Source of the DNA: an uncultured Acidobacteriota bacterium
GTDB taxonomy: Bacteria > Acidobacteriota > Vicinamibacteria > Vicinamibacterales > 2-12-FULL-66-21
Assembly: GCA_963804245.1 (NCBI GenBank)
Contig: CAWDPQ010000006.1
Location: 106,643-170,642, forward strand
Length of the DNA stretch: 64,000 bases
Reading direction: 5' to 3'
This document shows positions 10,138 through 21,524 of the stretch, in pieces. The stretch's first letter is position 1; every line of letters begins with the position of its first letter. A model generated the notes under the pieces. The model saw nothing but the letters and a program-made list of their open reading frames with translations, searched no databases and had not been told where the DNA came from. The position numbers and the translations under genes were made by a program.

Positions 10138-13032
10138 CATGACGCCCGAGCGCTGGAGGCGGACCGAGGAGCTGTATTACGCGGCGCGCGACCGAGCGCC
10201 CGACGAGCGCAGCGGTTTTCTCCGCGCGGCTTGTGGTGATGACGACGCACTGCGGCTCGAGGTCGAGTCGCTGCTGAGCGAACCAGATCCCGACGACGGA
10301 TTCCTATCCAAGCCGGCGCTGCTCATGCCCGCGGACCTTGCGGACGATCTCCGGCCGATGATCGGCAGGGACCTTGGCGGATATCGCCTCGAATCGCTGC
10401 TCGGCGCGGGCGGCATGGGCGAAGTGTACCGGGCGCGCGACGTCAAACTCGGTCGCGAGGTCGCGATCAAGATCCTGCCGCGCGAGTTCACGAGCCACAC
10501 GGAGCGCCTGGCCCGCTTCGAGCGCGAGGCGAGGATCCTCGCCTCGCTGAATCATCCGAACGTCTGTGCGATCTACGGCGTGGAGGAGGCGGAGGGAGTC
10601 CGCTTTCTCATTCTCGAGCTCGTCCACGGCGAGACGCTCGCGGAAAAGCTGGCAAAGGGCGAGGGGTTGTCCGTTGGTCAGGCCTTGAACATCGCGCGCC
10701 AAATCGCAGATGCCCTCGAAGTGGCCCACGAAAAAGCGATCGTCCACCGCGACCTGAAGCCCGCCAACGTCAAGATCACGCCCGACGGCGTCGTCAAGGT
10801 CCTCGACTTCGGCCTCGCCAAGGCCGTCGGTGGCAATGGCTCGTCGCCCGACCTGACGCATGCACCAGAGACGACCAGGGTGAGCCGCGCCAGGGCGCCG
10901 TCATCGGCACTGCTGCCTACATGAGCCCCGAGCAGGCGCGCGGCCTGCCGGTCGACAGGCGCACCGACATCTGGGCGTTCGGCTGCGTCCTCTACGAGAT
11001 GTTGACCGGGCGCGCGGCGTTTGCGGGCGACACGGTCTCGGACTCGATTGCAAAGATTCTCGAGACCGAGCCAGACTGGTCGGCGCTGCCCGTCGCTGTC
11101 CCCACTCGCGTTCGCTCGCTGATTGCCCGGTGTGTCGAAAAGGAGCCGCTGCAGCGACTGCGCGACATCGGCGAGGCGCGCATTGCGCTGCAGGAACCCG
11201 CCGCGCCGGAAGCCGACGCGGCACCTGGGAAGACTGGGCCGCGAGCTGGCCGCCGTGAGGCGCTGGCCTGGGGTCTCTGCCTGGCCTTCGCGCTGGCCGC
11301 GTTGGGTCTTGCGATCGCATATACCCGCCGCCCGGCTCCGGAGTCGCGCGTCGTTCGCGCGTCGATCAACGCTCCAGAGGGCGCGAGCTTCCGCTTCCTG
11401 AGTAGCGAAGCCGGCCCGGTCGAGATCTCGCCCGACGGCCGATCGCTCGCCTTCGTCGCGCGAACGGAAGTTGGCCGTAACCTCTTGTTCGTGCGCTCGC
11501 TGGACGGGCTCGAGCCCAGACCGCTGACGGGAACGGAGGGTGCAACCCGGCCGTTCTGGTCGCCGGACGGACGACACCTCGGTTTCTTTGCCGACCAAAA
11601 ACTCAAGACGGTGGCCCTCAGCGGCGGGCTCCCGATCCCGCTCGCCAGCGCGGAGGATGCGCGCGGCGGCACGTGGAACCGCGACGGCGTCATCGTCTTC
11701 TCGCCGGGCTTTGCGGGACCTCTCCATCAAGTCTCCTCGGCCGGAGGCCAGGCACGGCCGGTGACGAAGCTGGATGCATCGCGTCGCGAGACGACGCATC
11801 GCTACCCGCACTTCCTCCCCGATGGGAAGCACTTCATCTATCTCGCGCGATCGGACTTCACCGGTCCAGGAAACCCACCGGTCATCAGCGTCGCCTCGCT
11901 CGAATCCTCACAGGGAAAGATCCTGCTGTCGGCCCCGTCGAACCCGGTCTACGCGTCGGGTCACCTCCTCGTCGTGCGCGAGGGCGCTCTCATGGCACAC
12001 CCCTTCGACGCTACACGGCTCGAGATCTCTGACGAGGCCGTGCGGGTCGTTGACAACGTGCAGTTCGATCGGCGCTTCGGCCGAGCTGTCTTCTCCGCGT
12101 CCGAGACCGGCAGCCTGGTTTATCAGGAGGGAACCGGGCAGGGCGTCTCGCAGCTCGTTTGGTTCGACCGGTCCGGCACGCGCATCGGCACCGTTGGCGA
12201 GCCCGCCTTCTACGATTCCCCCGAGCTGTCGCCGGACGGCACCCGCCTCGCTGCGCGGGTCCTCGACCCGATCACGGGCCAGGGTGACATTTGGCTGTGG
12301 GAGTCCGCCCGTCGGCTCGGCAGGCGCTTGACCTTCGACGCGGAGGACGATTCGACCGGGATCTGGTCTCCCGACGGACAGCGCATTCTCTTTGTCAGAA
12401 GCGGAGCCGCGGGCTGGAGGTTTCTCGAGAAGCCAGCGAGCGGCGCCGGGGCGGAGCATCTCGTGGCGACCGTTCCCGAGCTGTTCCCCAGCAGTTGGTC
12501 GGCCGATGGCCGGAACGTTCTCGCCTGCTGTATACGATATGCCCAGGGGCAGGAAACCCGGAGCCTTTGGATCCTACCGACGAGTGGTGGAGGGAAGGTG
12601 ATCCCGTTCTCCCCCGCCGGCAAAGATGCGACCACGCCCCGTTTCTCTCCAAACGGCCGCTTCATCGCGTACGCCATCTCCGACGGAACCAACAGGAACA
12701 TCTACGTGGCGTCATTTCCCGATGGTGCGAGCCGCTGGCAGGTCTCTCTGGCGGGCGGCGAGGAGCCCAGGTGGCGCGCGGACGGAAAGGAGATCTTCTT
12801 CCTCGCGCCTGACAACACGTTGATGGCGGCGAAGCTCACCGTGCGGGGAGCCGAGTTCGAAGTCGGCGAACGGACACCATTGTTCCGGACCGATCTCGCC
12901 CCCTCGGTCAGTTGGCGCTATGACGTGGCGCGCGACGGACAGCGATTCCTCGTGAACACCAGCTCCGGACAGGAAAGGCGTACGCCGATCACGCTGGTGA
13001 TCAACTGGACGGAGCGCCTCGCGAAGAGATGA
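10127..13032 (+). CDS. Ser/Thr protein kinase fused to a TolB-like PD40 beta-propeller; one frameshift near 10875
   Basis: Kinase motifs are GAGGMGEVYRA, VAIK, HRDLKPANV, DFGLAK and, in the next frame, GTAAYMSPEQARG...DIWAFGCVLYEML. The C-terminus has repeated PD40 signatures (FWSPDGRHLGFF, FLPDGKHFIY, LSPDGTRLA, IWSPDGQRILF, FSPNGRFIAY). ORFs 10127..10924 and 10921..13032 differ in frame and join at an ACC-AGG site where one more C restores TTQGEPRQGAVIGTAAY. It overlaps the sigma gene stop. Confidence 0.85.
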
Positions 13033-13065
13033 CGCTGAGAATGGCGGCCTCGACGCCTCGATAGG

Positions 13066-13545
13066 CTAATGCCGTCTGGCAGCCGCCCATTTCGTCGCCG
13101 GGCAAGCCTCGGTATTAATCGTTCCAACCGCGGTCATTGCCGACACGATCCTTCCGGACATCACGACGTTCTGCCCTTCAACCAACGAGAACTCGCCGTT
13201 GTTCACGAGTGGCGCGGTTGAGACCGTCAACCCGGAAGACCCGCCGCACGTCACGGCGGTGAGCCTGCCGTTCTGAATCGTGAATCGCATCTCCATGTCT
13301 GCGTGCGAGGCGGTAAAGCTGTGCGCGGTCGGATGGGCCTGGGCGTGACCCTCCCAGTCTCCGCTGAAATCAAACGACTGCGGTGAAACGTAGGTGTCGC
13401 CGCCGGTTGATCCGGTGCTCGGGGAGACCGCCGTCACTGAAATCGGACGCGGTGGGGTTTGTCCCGGAGTCTGGGGAGACGGTCCCGTCGGCGGGGGTCC
13501 CGCCGCAGCCAGGGGTCACTCCAACGAGGGCCAGGGCGAAACGCT
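13066..13545 (-). CDS. Small hypothetical lipoprotein; start uncertain, frame break near 13440
   Basis: ORF 13066..13437 (GTG start) encodes SPSTGSTGGDTYVSPQSFDFSGDWEGH...GTINTEACPATKW. Upstream in another frame is a lipobox-like RFALALVGVTPGCGGTPADGTVSP. No family recognised. Confidence 0.35.
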
Positions 13546-13685
13546 GGCGGACAAGCTCGCGGCGGACCAGCGGCTGCGGTCCAACGGCGCAGGCCTGTCC
13601 CTCACTGCTGCGTTGACAATCGCGCGGCAGATCGCCGAGGGCTCGAGGTCGCCCACGAACGAGGGATCATCCACCGCGATCTGAA
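13530..13685 (+). pseudogene. Isolated fragment of a Ser/Thr kinase catalytic domain (~50 codons)
   Basis: Two plus-strand frames read GETLADKLAA...GLSLTAALTIARQIAEG and LEVAHERGIIHRDLN. They are collinear with GETLAEKLAKGEGLSVGQALNIARQIADALEVAHEKAIVHRDLKPAN of the kinase at 10127. No upstream or downstream kinase sequence is present. Confidence 0.6.
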
Positions 13686-14316
13686 TGCCCGGATCGACTC
13701 GCGCGGTACCGTTGGTCGGAGCGCTGACGTTCGTGCCGTCCAGGAGAAACTGATTCTGGTCCACGCCTGAACCGAACGCGGAGACGAGGACGTTGGCGCC
13801 TGCCGGTGAGGTGGGGGAGAGCCCAGGCGCCGTCTTGACCGGGTCGTACGAACTGAACCGTCTCATCGGGATCGCGTCGAGGTCCTCGGCGCCGAAGCGA
13901 GTCCAGAATCCGGGGTTCCTGGCGTCGATGCGCGAGCCCGATCCGTCGACCACAACCGAGCCCGCGATGCTTGCCAGCTTCAGTTCAACCGATCGCTCGA
14001 TGGTCGCACCTGCGCCGATGCGGATGTCCTCTTCGTGATGGGCCGCGAATCCCTGCAGCTTGACGTCGAGCACATAAGTGCCCGGCGGCAATATCGGGAA
14101 GCGCAATTGGCCATTGGCGCCCGTCGTCAGCGTCTCCAGACCGCCAATCAGCGCGGGTGAACTGACGCTGACCTGTGCACCGGCCAGGACGCCGCCTTGT
14201 TCATCCCTGACCGTCCCGATGAGGGCTCCCGTCAACCCCTGCGCGACAGTCACTCGAGGGAACAATACACACCCGGTCAACAGGAGAACGACAGGCCACG
14301 CCCGACGGTTCGTCAT
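13680..14316 (-). pseudogene. Truncated CarboxypepD_reg / TonB-dependent-receptor-like N-terminal fragment
   Basis: MTNRRAWPVVLLLTGCVLFPRVTVAQG signal. Carboxypeptidase-regulatory-like domain (GTVRDEQGGVLAGAQVSVSS...GQLRFPILPPGTYVLDVKLQGF). The start of a plug-like region follows (NQFLLDGTNVSAPTNG). The remaining ORF to 13516 is antisense to the kinase fragment. No beta-barrel is present. Confidence 0.55.
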
Positions 14317-14380
14317 CTGCGGGTCCACTCTACCTAAGGAGCGAGAAGAGGAGACAAGAACTTGAACACATCAAAAAATC

Positions 14381-14437
14381 CCAATGAAGTAGCTCGTTGT
14401 TCGTCGAGCCACCGAGCCACGAGCGACGAGCAACGAG
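14381..14437 (-). terminator. Heptad-built hairpin downstream of the pseudokinase gene, followed by a T6 run
   Basis: The minus strand reads CTCGTTGCTCGTCG-loop-CGACGAACAACGAG, then CTACTTCATTGGGATTTTTT. The arms are made of degenerate GAGCNAC-type 7-8 mers. The T run is ~17 nt from the stem, so terminator function is only plausible. Confidence 0.35.
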
Positions 14438-17270
14438 TCACCGCAGTTGGGCCAGCTCCCGGCGCGCTGCGAGCTTAACCGGGAGGTCGGGGTCTGCGTG
14501 CTCCCACGTGCGCAGCACCGCTTCGTAGGCCTTGCGGCTCTCGACGACGTTGCCGGCGGCTGACCAGGCGCGGGCGGCGCCAAGTTGCGCGAGTGGGATC
14601 AGTGCGGAGAACGGGTCTGCTCCGCGATTGTCGAGCACCGTCCGGAAGTCACGAAGGGCTTCGGCGGCCGCCCCTTCCTTGAGCCGCGCCTCGCCGCGCA
14701 GGTATGCCGGAGCCAACGCGGCGACCGTGCCGCGCTCATAGCGTGCCGCCGCGCGAAGTGCTTCGATGGCGTCGGCGGCGCGGCCGCGACTGAGCAAGAT
14801 GGCCGCTTCAGCGACCGGTCGATAGGCACCATGCAGCAGCGTGTCGTCAGGCCGGATGTGGCGCAGCTTGCGCACCACGGCCTCTCCTTCATCGGGAACA
14901 CCGGCGAGCGCCAGCGCCGTGGCGCCGCGCAGCTGCGGTTCGTACGCGGTGGCCTTGCTCACGACCGCCCGTGCCTGCTCGCGCGCGGTGCGCTCGTAGC
15001 CGAAGAGCGCCTCGGTCTGCGCGGCCTGTGCGGCGTAACCGGATGCGACCTGCGTGAAACCCCGGTCCGTTGCCGCGGCAATTGTTTCCGCGAACAGTTG
15101 GCGGGCCTCTGTCATTCGGCCTTTGAACGCGGCTACCTGCGCGCGCGCGCCGGTAATGTCGAACCCGACCGGGCTCTGGGCCGCCCATTCGATCTGGGCG
15201 CGCGCCGCCGGTGCGTCTCGATCCAGTTCGGCGAGCTGATAGAGCAGTCGCCGCAGCGGACCGGTCCCCAGATTGCGCGCCACCGCCTGTTCCGCTACCG
15301 CGCGTGCCTGCGCAAAACGACCGGCGCCACGATGCGCGTACGCCAGGTTCGACTGTGGGAATGCGTGCGCCGGATTACGTTTGATGGCTTCTTCGGCTTC
15401 GACGACGGCTGAGTCGTACTCGCCGAGCCGGTTGAGGAGCACCGCCAGCGCGTTGGCCGGCCGATAGTCACGCGGATAGGTCCGCTTCCACACGTCGAGC
15501 GTTTCCCGCGTTTTCGTCTGATCGCCGGTGAATCGGTCGTGGTACTGATACGTGATGAACAGCCGTTCGCGTTCGCTGACGTGCTCACGGTTCTCGAACG
15601 CCTGGCGGGCGAGCTGTTCGCTTCGCCCTGTTTCGCCAAGTCCGCCATACAGGCTCGACAACGTCGTGTAGGCCAGCGCGAACCGCGCATCGAGGCTGAT
15701 GGCGCGCTCGAAGAACGGAATGGCATCGATTTCACTACCTGACGCTCTTTTTGCCGCGCCTTCGGTGTAGGCCTTCAGGGCGTCGAGCGACGGTGTCGTG
15801 GCTTCCTCGATCGGCACATTGTGGCGGGCGAGCGACGTGCGAGATTCACCGAGCGCCTCACGGACCTGAGCCGTGATCGTGCCCAAGGCGCGCAGCACGT
15901 CTTCCTTGCGCTCGACTTCCATCTGCTGGCGCGCGATCGTCGATCCACCGACACAGTCGGTCGCCGCGAGCGCAACGACCGTAATGCGACCAACCGCAGA
16001 GACGCTGCCTTCGAGCATGGCCTGGAGACCGAGGCGCTGGCAGACCTCCTGTGCCACGCTGTGCGTCATGCGTGTCGACGGATCGCGCCCCATCAACTGC
16101 AGCTGACCGCGGATTCTCTCGTCGGAGACGAGATCGAGATATGGGGACTGTCCGAGGTACACCGTGACGGCTTCGCGCAGCGTTCCGTCGAAGTCCGGAT
16201 CCCCTGTGCCATTCGCGATCTGGCTGAGCAGCACCGTGCTCCGTTCCACACGGCCGCTGCCTGGCCACCAGCCGGCGGCACTGCCGGCGAGAGCGAGCGC
16301 GACGAGAACGATCAGCGCACCGGCGCCAACCGCGAGAGACGTCACAACCCGGCGCGAAAAGCGCCTCGCCGGGAACAATCGGCAGCGGCAGGTGGAGGGC
16401 CTGCCGCACGGCGCGCAGATCCTCCAGCAGCTGCGCGGCCGACTGGTAGCGCTTCGACGGATCTTTTGCCAGCGCTCGCGCCACGACCGCCTCGACGGCG
16501 GCCGGAACCTGCGGGTTTACAGCACGCGGTCCAGTTGGTTCTTGCACTCCGATAGCACGACTGACTTCGGATGGGGTGTCGCCCCGGAACGCACGACGGC
16601 CCGTGATCATTTCGTAGAGCAGAGCTCCGGTCGCAAAGATGTCGGCACGGGGATCGGCGCCGAGACCAGCGATCTGCTCCGGCGCCAGGTAGGCGTGGAA
16701 GAACTCGGCTACCGGTGCCGGCGCAACCCGCGGCACCTGCATCGAGGTCGTGCGCGAGGCGCCGTCGGTGCGACTGACCGCAGCGGTAGCCGGCGTGGCC
16801 GCCCGTGCCGCGCCAAGCTCCAGCAGCTTCACGTGGCCGTCAGTAGTAATGAAAACGTTCGACGGCTTCAGGTTGCCGTGGACGATGTCGCGGCGATGCG
16901 CGGCGCCGAGCGCATCGGCAATCTGCATGCAGATATCGAGCGCGCGATCGACCGGCAGGGGCGTATCGGCAATCACCTCATCGAGTGCGCGTCCATCGAG
17001 GAACTCGAGAACCAGATACGGCTGCCCGTTGTCCTTGCCGGAGTCGTGAACGGCGCAGATGTGCGGGTGCGTGACGAGCGAGGCCAGGTGCGCCTCGCGC
17101 TCGAACAAATCGACCGCCGCCGGATCGGTTATCTGTTCCGGCCGCAGGAGTTTTACGGCAACTTCCCGCTCGAGCCGAAGGTCCCGTGCGCGATAGATTT
17201 CCGACGCGCCGTCGCGGCCGATCGATTTGAAAAGCTCGTAGTGGGCGATTCGCAAGGGATCGACAGTCAA
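14438..17270 (-). CDS. Predicted pseudokinase with TM segment and C-terminal TPR-rich region; frameshift near 16375-16380
   Basis: The N-terminal kinase fold retains VAVK and LAPEQ. It reads HGNLKPSN instead of HRD, ELG instead of DFG, and has a degenerate G-loop (IGRDGASEIY). After the break come a TM helix (VVTSLAVGAGALIVLVALALAG) and a region paralogous to the upstream gene (SERERLFITYQYHDR, KAMLEGSV, TPSLDALKAYTEG). ORFs 15858..17270 and 14438..16378 are in different frames. Confidence 0.8.
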
Positions 17271-17288
17271 CCGTGGCGGGCGCGCAGC

Positions 17289-20154
17289 CTAGTTGTTGTG
17301 CGTCTGCAGCCGGTCATACTCTTTGCGTGCCGTGAGCAGCGGTTCGAAATCCGCGTCGGCAGCTTTCCAGATCGTGAAGAGCTCCTCGTATGCGCGGCGG
17401 CTGCCGTCGATGTCGCCGAGCCGGGCTTTCGCGCGCGCGATGCCCAGTTGCGCGAGTGGCACGATCGGCGCGAACGGATCGACGCCGCGATGCTGCAGGA
17501 TCTGCTCGTACTGCCGACTGGCGTCGGCGAACGCGCCTTTCTGCAGATACGCCTGGCCGCGCAGGTACACTGGCACGAGGCCGGCGACCGTACCGAGCTC
17601 CGTCGGCGACGCGGCGCGGAGCGCCTCGATCGCATCGTCGGGCCGCGAACGATACAGTGCAATCGCGGCTCGCGTCGACGGCGTGAGCAGCGTTCGAACG
17701 AGCGTCGCGTCCGGATAACGCGTTTCGGCACCGCCCGCCAACGCCTGCGCCTCGGCAATCAGCCCCACCAGTCCAAGCGCCGCGGCTGCTCGAAACCGTG
17801 GCAGTCCGGGCACGTCGGCGTCGGCCTTGTCCTGACCGATGAGACGTCTGACGTTCGCGGCCGCTTCTTTCGGCGCGCGATAGAGCGCGTCGGTCCAGGC
17901 GATGTGCACGGCAAAGCCCGATGCGGTGCCGTTGAGCCCGCGGGCCAGCGCCAGGTCCCTCGCTCGCTGATACAGGTCAACTGCTTCACCCACGCGTCCA
18001 CCGAACGCCGCGGCCTGCGCTTGGGCGGAGATCACATCGAACTCTCGCGCCTTTCCCTTCGCCCAGGCCAGATGGGCAGCCGCGGAACCGTCGCCGGTCA
18101 GAAGCCCGAGCTGATACAAAAGGCGTCGCGTCGGCGTCGTCTCGATGCCGAGCTTCACCGCTTCCTCCGCCGTCTTCTTCGCAGCGTCGTATCGTCCGAG
18201 CGCTCGATATGCGATCGCCAGATTGGAAAGCGGGAAGGGATGACCAGGACTGCGTCTGAGCGCCTCCTGCGCTTCCGCGACCGCCCGCTCGTGCCTCCCC
18301 AGGCGGTGATGGATGAGTGCAAGCGCGTTTGGCGGTCGCGAGTCGCGCGGATACCAGGCCTTCCAAATCTCGAGCGTCCGGGCGGCTTCGTCCTGATTGC
18401 CGGTCGCTCGATCGTGATACTGATACGTGATGAACAGCCGTTCCCGCTCGCTGACGCGACGCTTCACGTCGTTGGCGAGGCGCGCATATTCCTCGCTGCG
18501 CCGCAATTCTCCGACGCTCCCATACACGACCGACAAGCTGGTGTAAGCCGACGCGAACTCGGGATCGTTTTCGATCGCCTGATTGAAGAAGGCAACCGAC
18601 TCGAGCTCTCGCCCGCGGCGTCGTTCCTCCAGACCAAGGGTGTAGGCCTTGAGCGCCGCCAGGGACGGGGTCGTGACCTGCTCGATCGGCACCGCGAACC
18701 GCTGAATCGAGGGGAGCGATTCGCCGAGAGACGTGCGGATCGAAGACGTGATCTCGCCGAGCTCCGCCAGCACCCGCTCCTTGCTGGTCGCTTCCGCCTG
18801 GGCCCGGGCCAGCGACTCGCCGGTCTGACAATTCGTCGCCGCCAGCGTCACGACGTAGTGGCTGCCGAGCGGTGCGACCGAACCTTCGAGCATCGCCTTG
18901 ACGCTGAGCCGCTGACAGACTTCGCGGGCGACGGCATGAGTGAGCCGTTCATCCGGACGAAGCGCCATGAGCTGCAGCGCTTCAGCGATCCGCTGATCCG
19001 GGATGATGTCGAGAAACGGCGACTGTCCGAGGTGTGCCTTCAAAGCGGTCAACAACGTCTCGTCGAACACCGGATCCGCAGTCGTGTTCTCGAAGCGACC
19101 GACCATGATGCTGTCGCGGTCGGTCAGAGCCGACGTCCTGCGCGAAACCCACATGCCGACGACGCCGGCAACCAGGACGACAGTGGCAGCGGCCAGCACC
19201 CAAGGCCGTGAGAGCCATCTATGCCGGACATCTGCTTCCGGTCGTGCCACATCAATCGCAGCTCCGGATTTGGACTGGGAGCTCCAGCTGCTCGGTCGCG
19301 GCATCGATGTCGGTCAGCAGCTCGGTCGCGCTTTGATATCGCTGCCGGGGATCGACCGCCATCAGCTTCTGAATGAGACTGTCAATCCTTTCGGGGACTT
19401 CCTCGTTGATCGCCCGCGGCGGCACGACGATCCCATTGATGATTCTCATGACGATGAACGGCACGTCATCGCCGCCGAACGCTCGCCGCCCCGTTGACAT
19501 CTCGTAGAGAACGCTGCCCAGCGAAAACAGGTCTGTGCGAGCGTCGACCGGTTGCCCCTGCGCCTGTTCGGGAGCCATATACGAGGCGGTGCCGACAGTG
19601 CTGCCGGTGCGCGTCAGATCGGGAGAAAGCTCGGCAGTCAGGGTTGGGGTGGACGAGGTCGCTGACGGGCCTTGACCCTCATCCAGAGCGAGCTTGGCGA
19701 GTCCGAAGTCGAGCACCTTGAGCCGATCGCCATGCGTAACGAAGAGATTCGCCGGCTTGATGTCGCGGTGGACGATTCCGCGCCGATGCGCGGCGTCGAG
19801 CGCACTGGCAATCTGCCGGGCGAATTCGAGGACGAGCCTGGGCGGCAGCGGACCCGCCTCGACCAGCTGCCTGATGGTACGACCCTCGAGCAGCTCCATG
19901 ACGATGAAAGGCTGACCTTCGTGCTCACCGAGCTCGTGAATCGTACAGATGTGCGGGTGTTGGAGAGAGGAAGCCAGCCTGGCTTCCCGTTCGAAGCGCG
20001 CGAGCCATTCAGCGGTGATCGCAGTGTCGGTCCGGAGAAGCTTGACCGCCACCTCACGACCGAGCCGCGTATCCTCGGCGCGATACACCACGCCCATGCC
20101 CCCTTCGCCGAGAGGATGGAGCAGGCGATAGTGTGAGACGGTGGTCGTAGCCAT
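17289..20154 (-). CDS. Ser/Thr protein kinase with TM segment and C-terminal TPR-rich region; frameshift near 19250-19300
   Basis: Canonical motifs are LGEGGMGVVYRA, VAVK, HRDIKPANL, DFGLAK, GTASYMAPEQ. Then a TM helix (WVLAAATVVLVAGVVGMWV) and a TPR-type C-terminus. ORFs 19252..20154 and 17289..19304 are in different frames. The gene ends 18 nt before the pseudokinase start, so the two are operonic. Confidence 0.85.
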
Positions 20155-20240
20155 AGAACGACGTCAGCCGTTTCCGAGACGGACTGAGGGCTCGGTGTAA
20201 AAGGAGAACAGACAGAATTGTATCAGCCTGGAGGGGCTGA

Positions 20241-21455
20241 TTAGTGACGTTTGGCGCCGGCGACGATCCGGCCGATGTTCTCGGGATTCATGAACGTGGG
20301 CAGCGGAAGCGACCCGGTAATGGCGGAAAAGAATTGGTTCGTGGCCGCCTGGTTCCCATGAAGCGCGCCGAACAGCGCCTGGAGTTCGGGCGGTGGCGGC
20401 TGCAGCCTCGCCAGCTCATAGGTGAAGTGATACAGGGGTTTGACCCGCTCGTCGCGGCTCGACTGATATTCGGCAAGGGCCTCCTCGGATGCGCGACGCT
20501 CGGAGAACCCGGCATCGAGCGCTTCGGTCAGGTGCTCAGCGTCGATGAAGGCGTCGCTGATCCCCTGTGCCGTGATCGGGTCCTTCTGGTAGCCGGCGTC
20601 GCCGACGAGAGCCCAGCCCGGTCCGTAGGGCTTGCGGAAGTAATTCGGGACGCCAGCGGTTCCTACCCATTTTTCCTCGCGTTTCGACCGTTTCAGCCGC
20701 TCGGCGACACTCGGCGCCGCGACGTTGTGGACCTTGTGCACGTTCCCTTCGATATCCGCACGAATCTCCTTGAACTTCTCGCTCGGCCAGACGACGGCGA
20801 TGAGCGTCAAGCCGTCATTGGTAGGGAAGACGGCGGCACCTTGGTGCGGAGTGCCGACATACTGCTCGACATCCTCAGCGTCGAATCCGCTGTAGTAGCT
20901 GTAGTAGTAGGTGGCGACGGCCGGGAGCGTATCGTATTCCGTGGCGCCAACGGCTTTGGCGACGAGCGAATGAGCGCCGTCCGCTCCGATGACGACTCTG
21001 GCGCGCTCATCAACCATGGTGCCATTCCGGCCGTGCCCCTTGATCCCCGCGACTCGATCGCCGTCCCACACGAGCTCCTCGACGGTGAACTGTTCGCGCA
21101 GCTCCACGCCGCTTTCAACAGCCGCATCAACCAGCAGCTTGTCGAGCACCGTTCGACGCGGGCAGAAACCGCCTCGTGCACCGTTCGTGTCGGTTACGCC
21201 GCCCTTCAAAGCGAACGGCCCGAGATCGAACGTCATGTTGACGGCAATCGGCGGGCAGCCGGTCGCGGCCAGGCGATCGAGCAAGCCCCAGCGGTCCAAC
21301 ACCTCCGCCCCGTGCGGCCAGATCACGTGAGTGGAAATAATGTCGCTCGGAAAGCTCGCCTTATCCAGGAGCAGCACTCTGTAGCCCTTGCGGGAGAGGA
21401 GCATTGCTGTCGGAGAGCCGGCGCAGCGGGCGCCGACGATGATCGCGTCGTACAT
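20241..21455 (-). CDS. FAD-dependent oxidoreductase / flavin monooxygenase family
   Basis: MYDAIIVGARCAGSPTAMLLSRKGYRVLLLDKASFPSD Rossmann GxGxxG dinucleotide fold. Later motif is LVGDAGYQKDPITAQGISDAF. GGGAGGAGG lies upstream of the ATG. Intact. Confidence 0.8.
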   Translation of the reverse strand: MYDAIIVGARCAGSPTAMLLSRKGYRVLLLDKASFPSDIISTHVIWPHGAEVLDRWGLLDRLAATGCPPIAVNMTFDLGPFALKGGVTDTNGARGGFCPRRTVLDKLLVDAAVESGVELREQFTVEELVWDGDRVAGIKGHGRNGTMVDERARVVIGADGAHSLVAKAVGATEYDTLPAVATYYYSYYSGFDAEDVEQYVGTPHQGAAVFPTNDGLTLIAVVWPSEKFKEIRADIEGNVHKVHNVAAPSVAERLKRSKREEKWVGTAGVPNYFRKPYGPGWALVGDAGYQKDPITAQGISDAFIDAEHLTEALDAGFSERRASEEALAEYQSSRDERVKPLYHFTYELARLQPPPPELQALFGALHGNQAATNQFFSAITGSLPLPTFMNPENIGRIVAGAKRH

Positions 21456-21524
21456 CGCTTGCCTCCTCCCTGAGTTTCCCTCAGGAAATAGGCGCGACCA
21501 AGCTCAACCTTCGCCCCTGAACGA

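Noticed and set aside
16164-19211. 1015-aa plus-strand ORF, the longest in the track
   Set aside because: It is antisense to the two kinase-TPR genes. The composition is R/G/A-rich nonsense with no motifs. This is a typical shadow ORF of a high-GC genome. The same applies to 983..2179, 1804..3351, 20244..21473, 21600..23003, 28323..29639, 33258..34097, 34873..35679 and 39683..41077.
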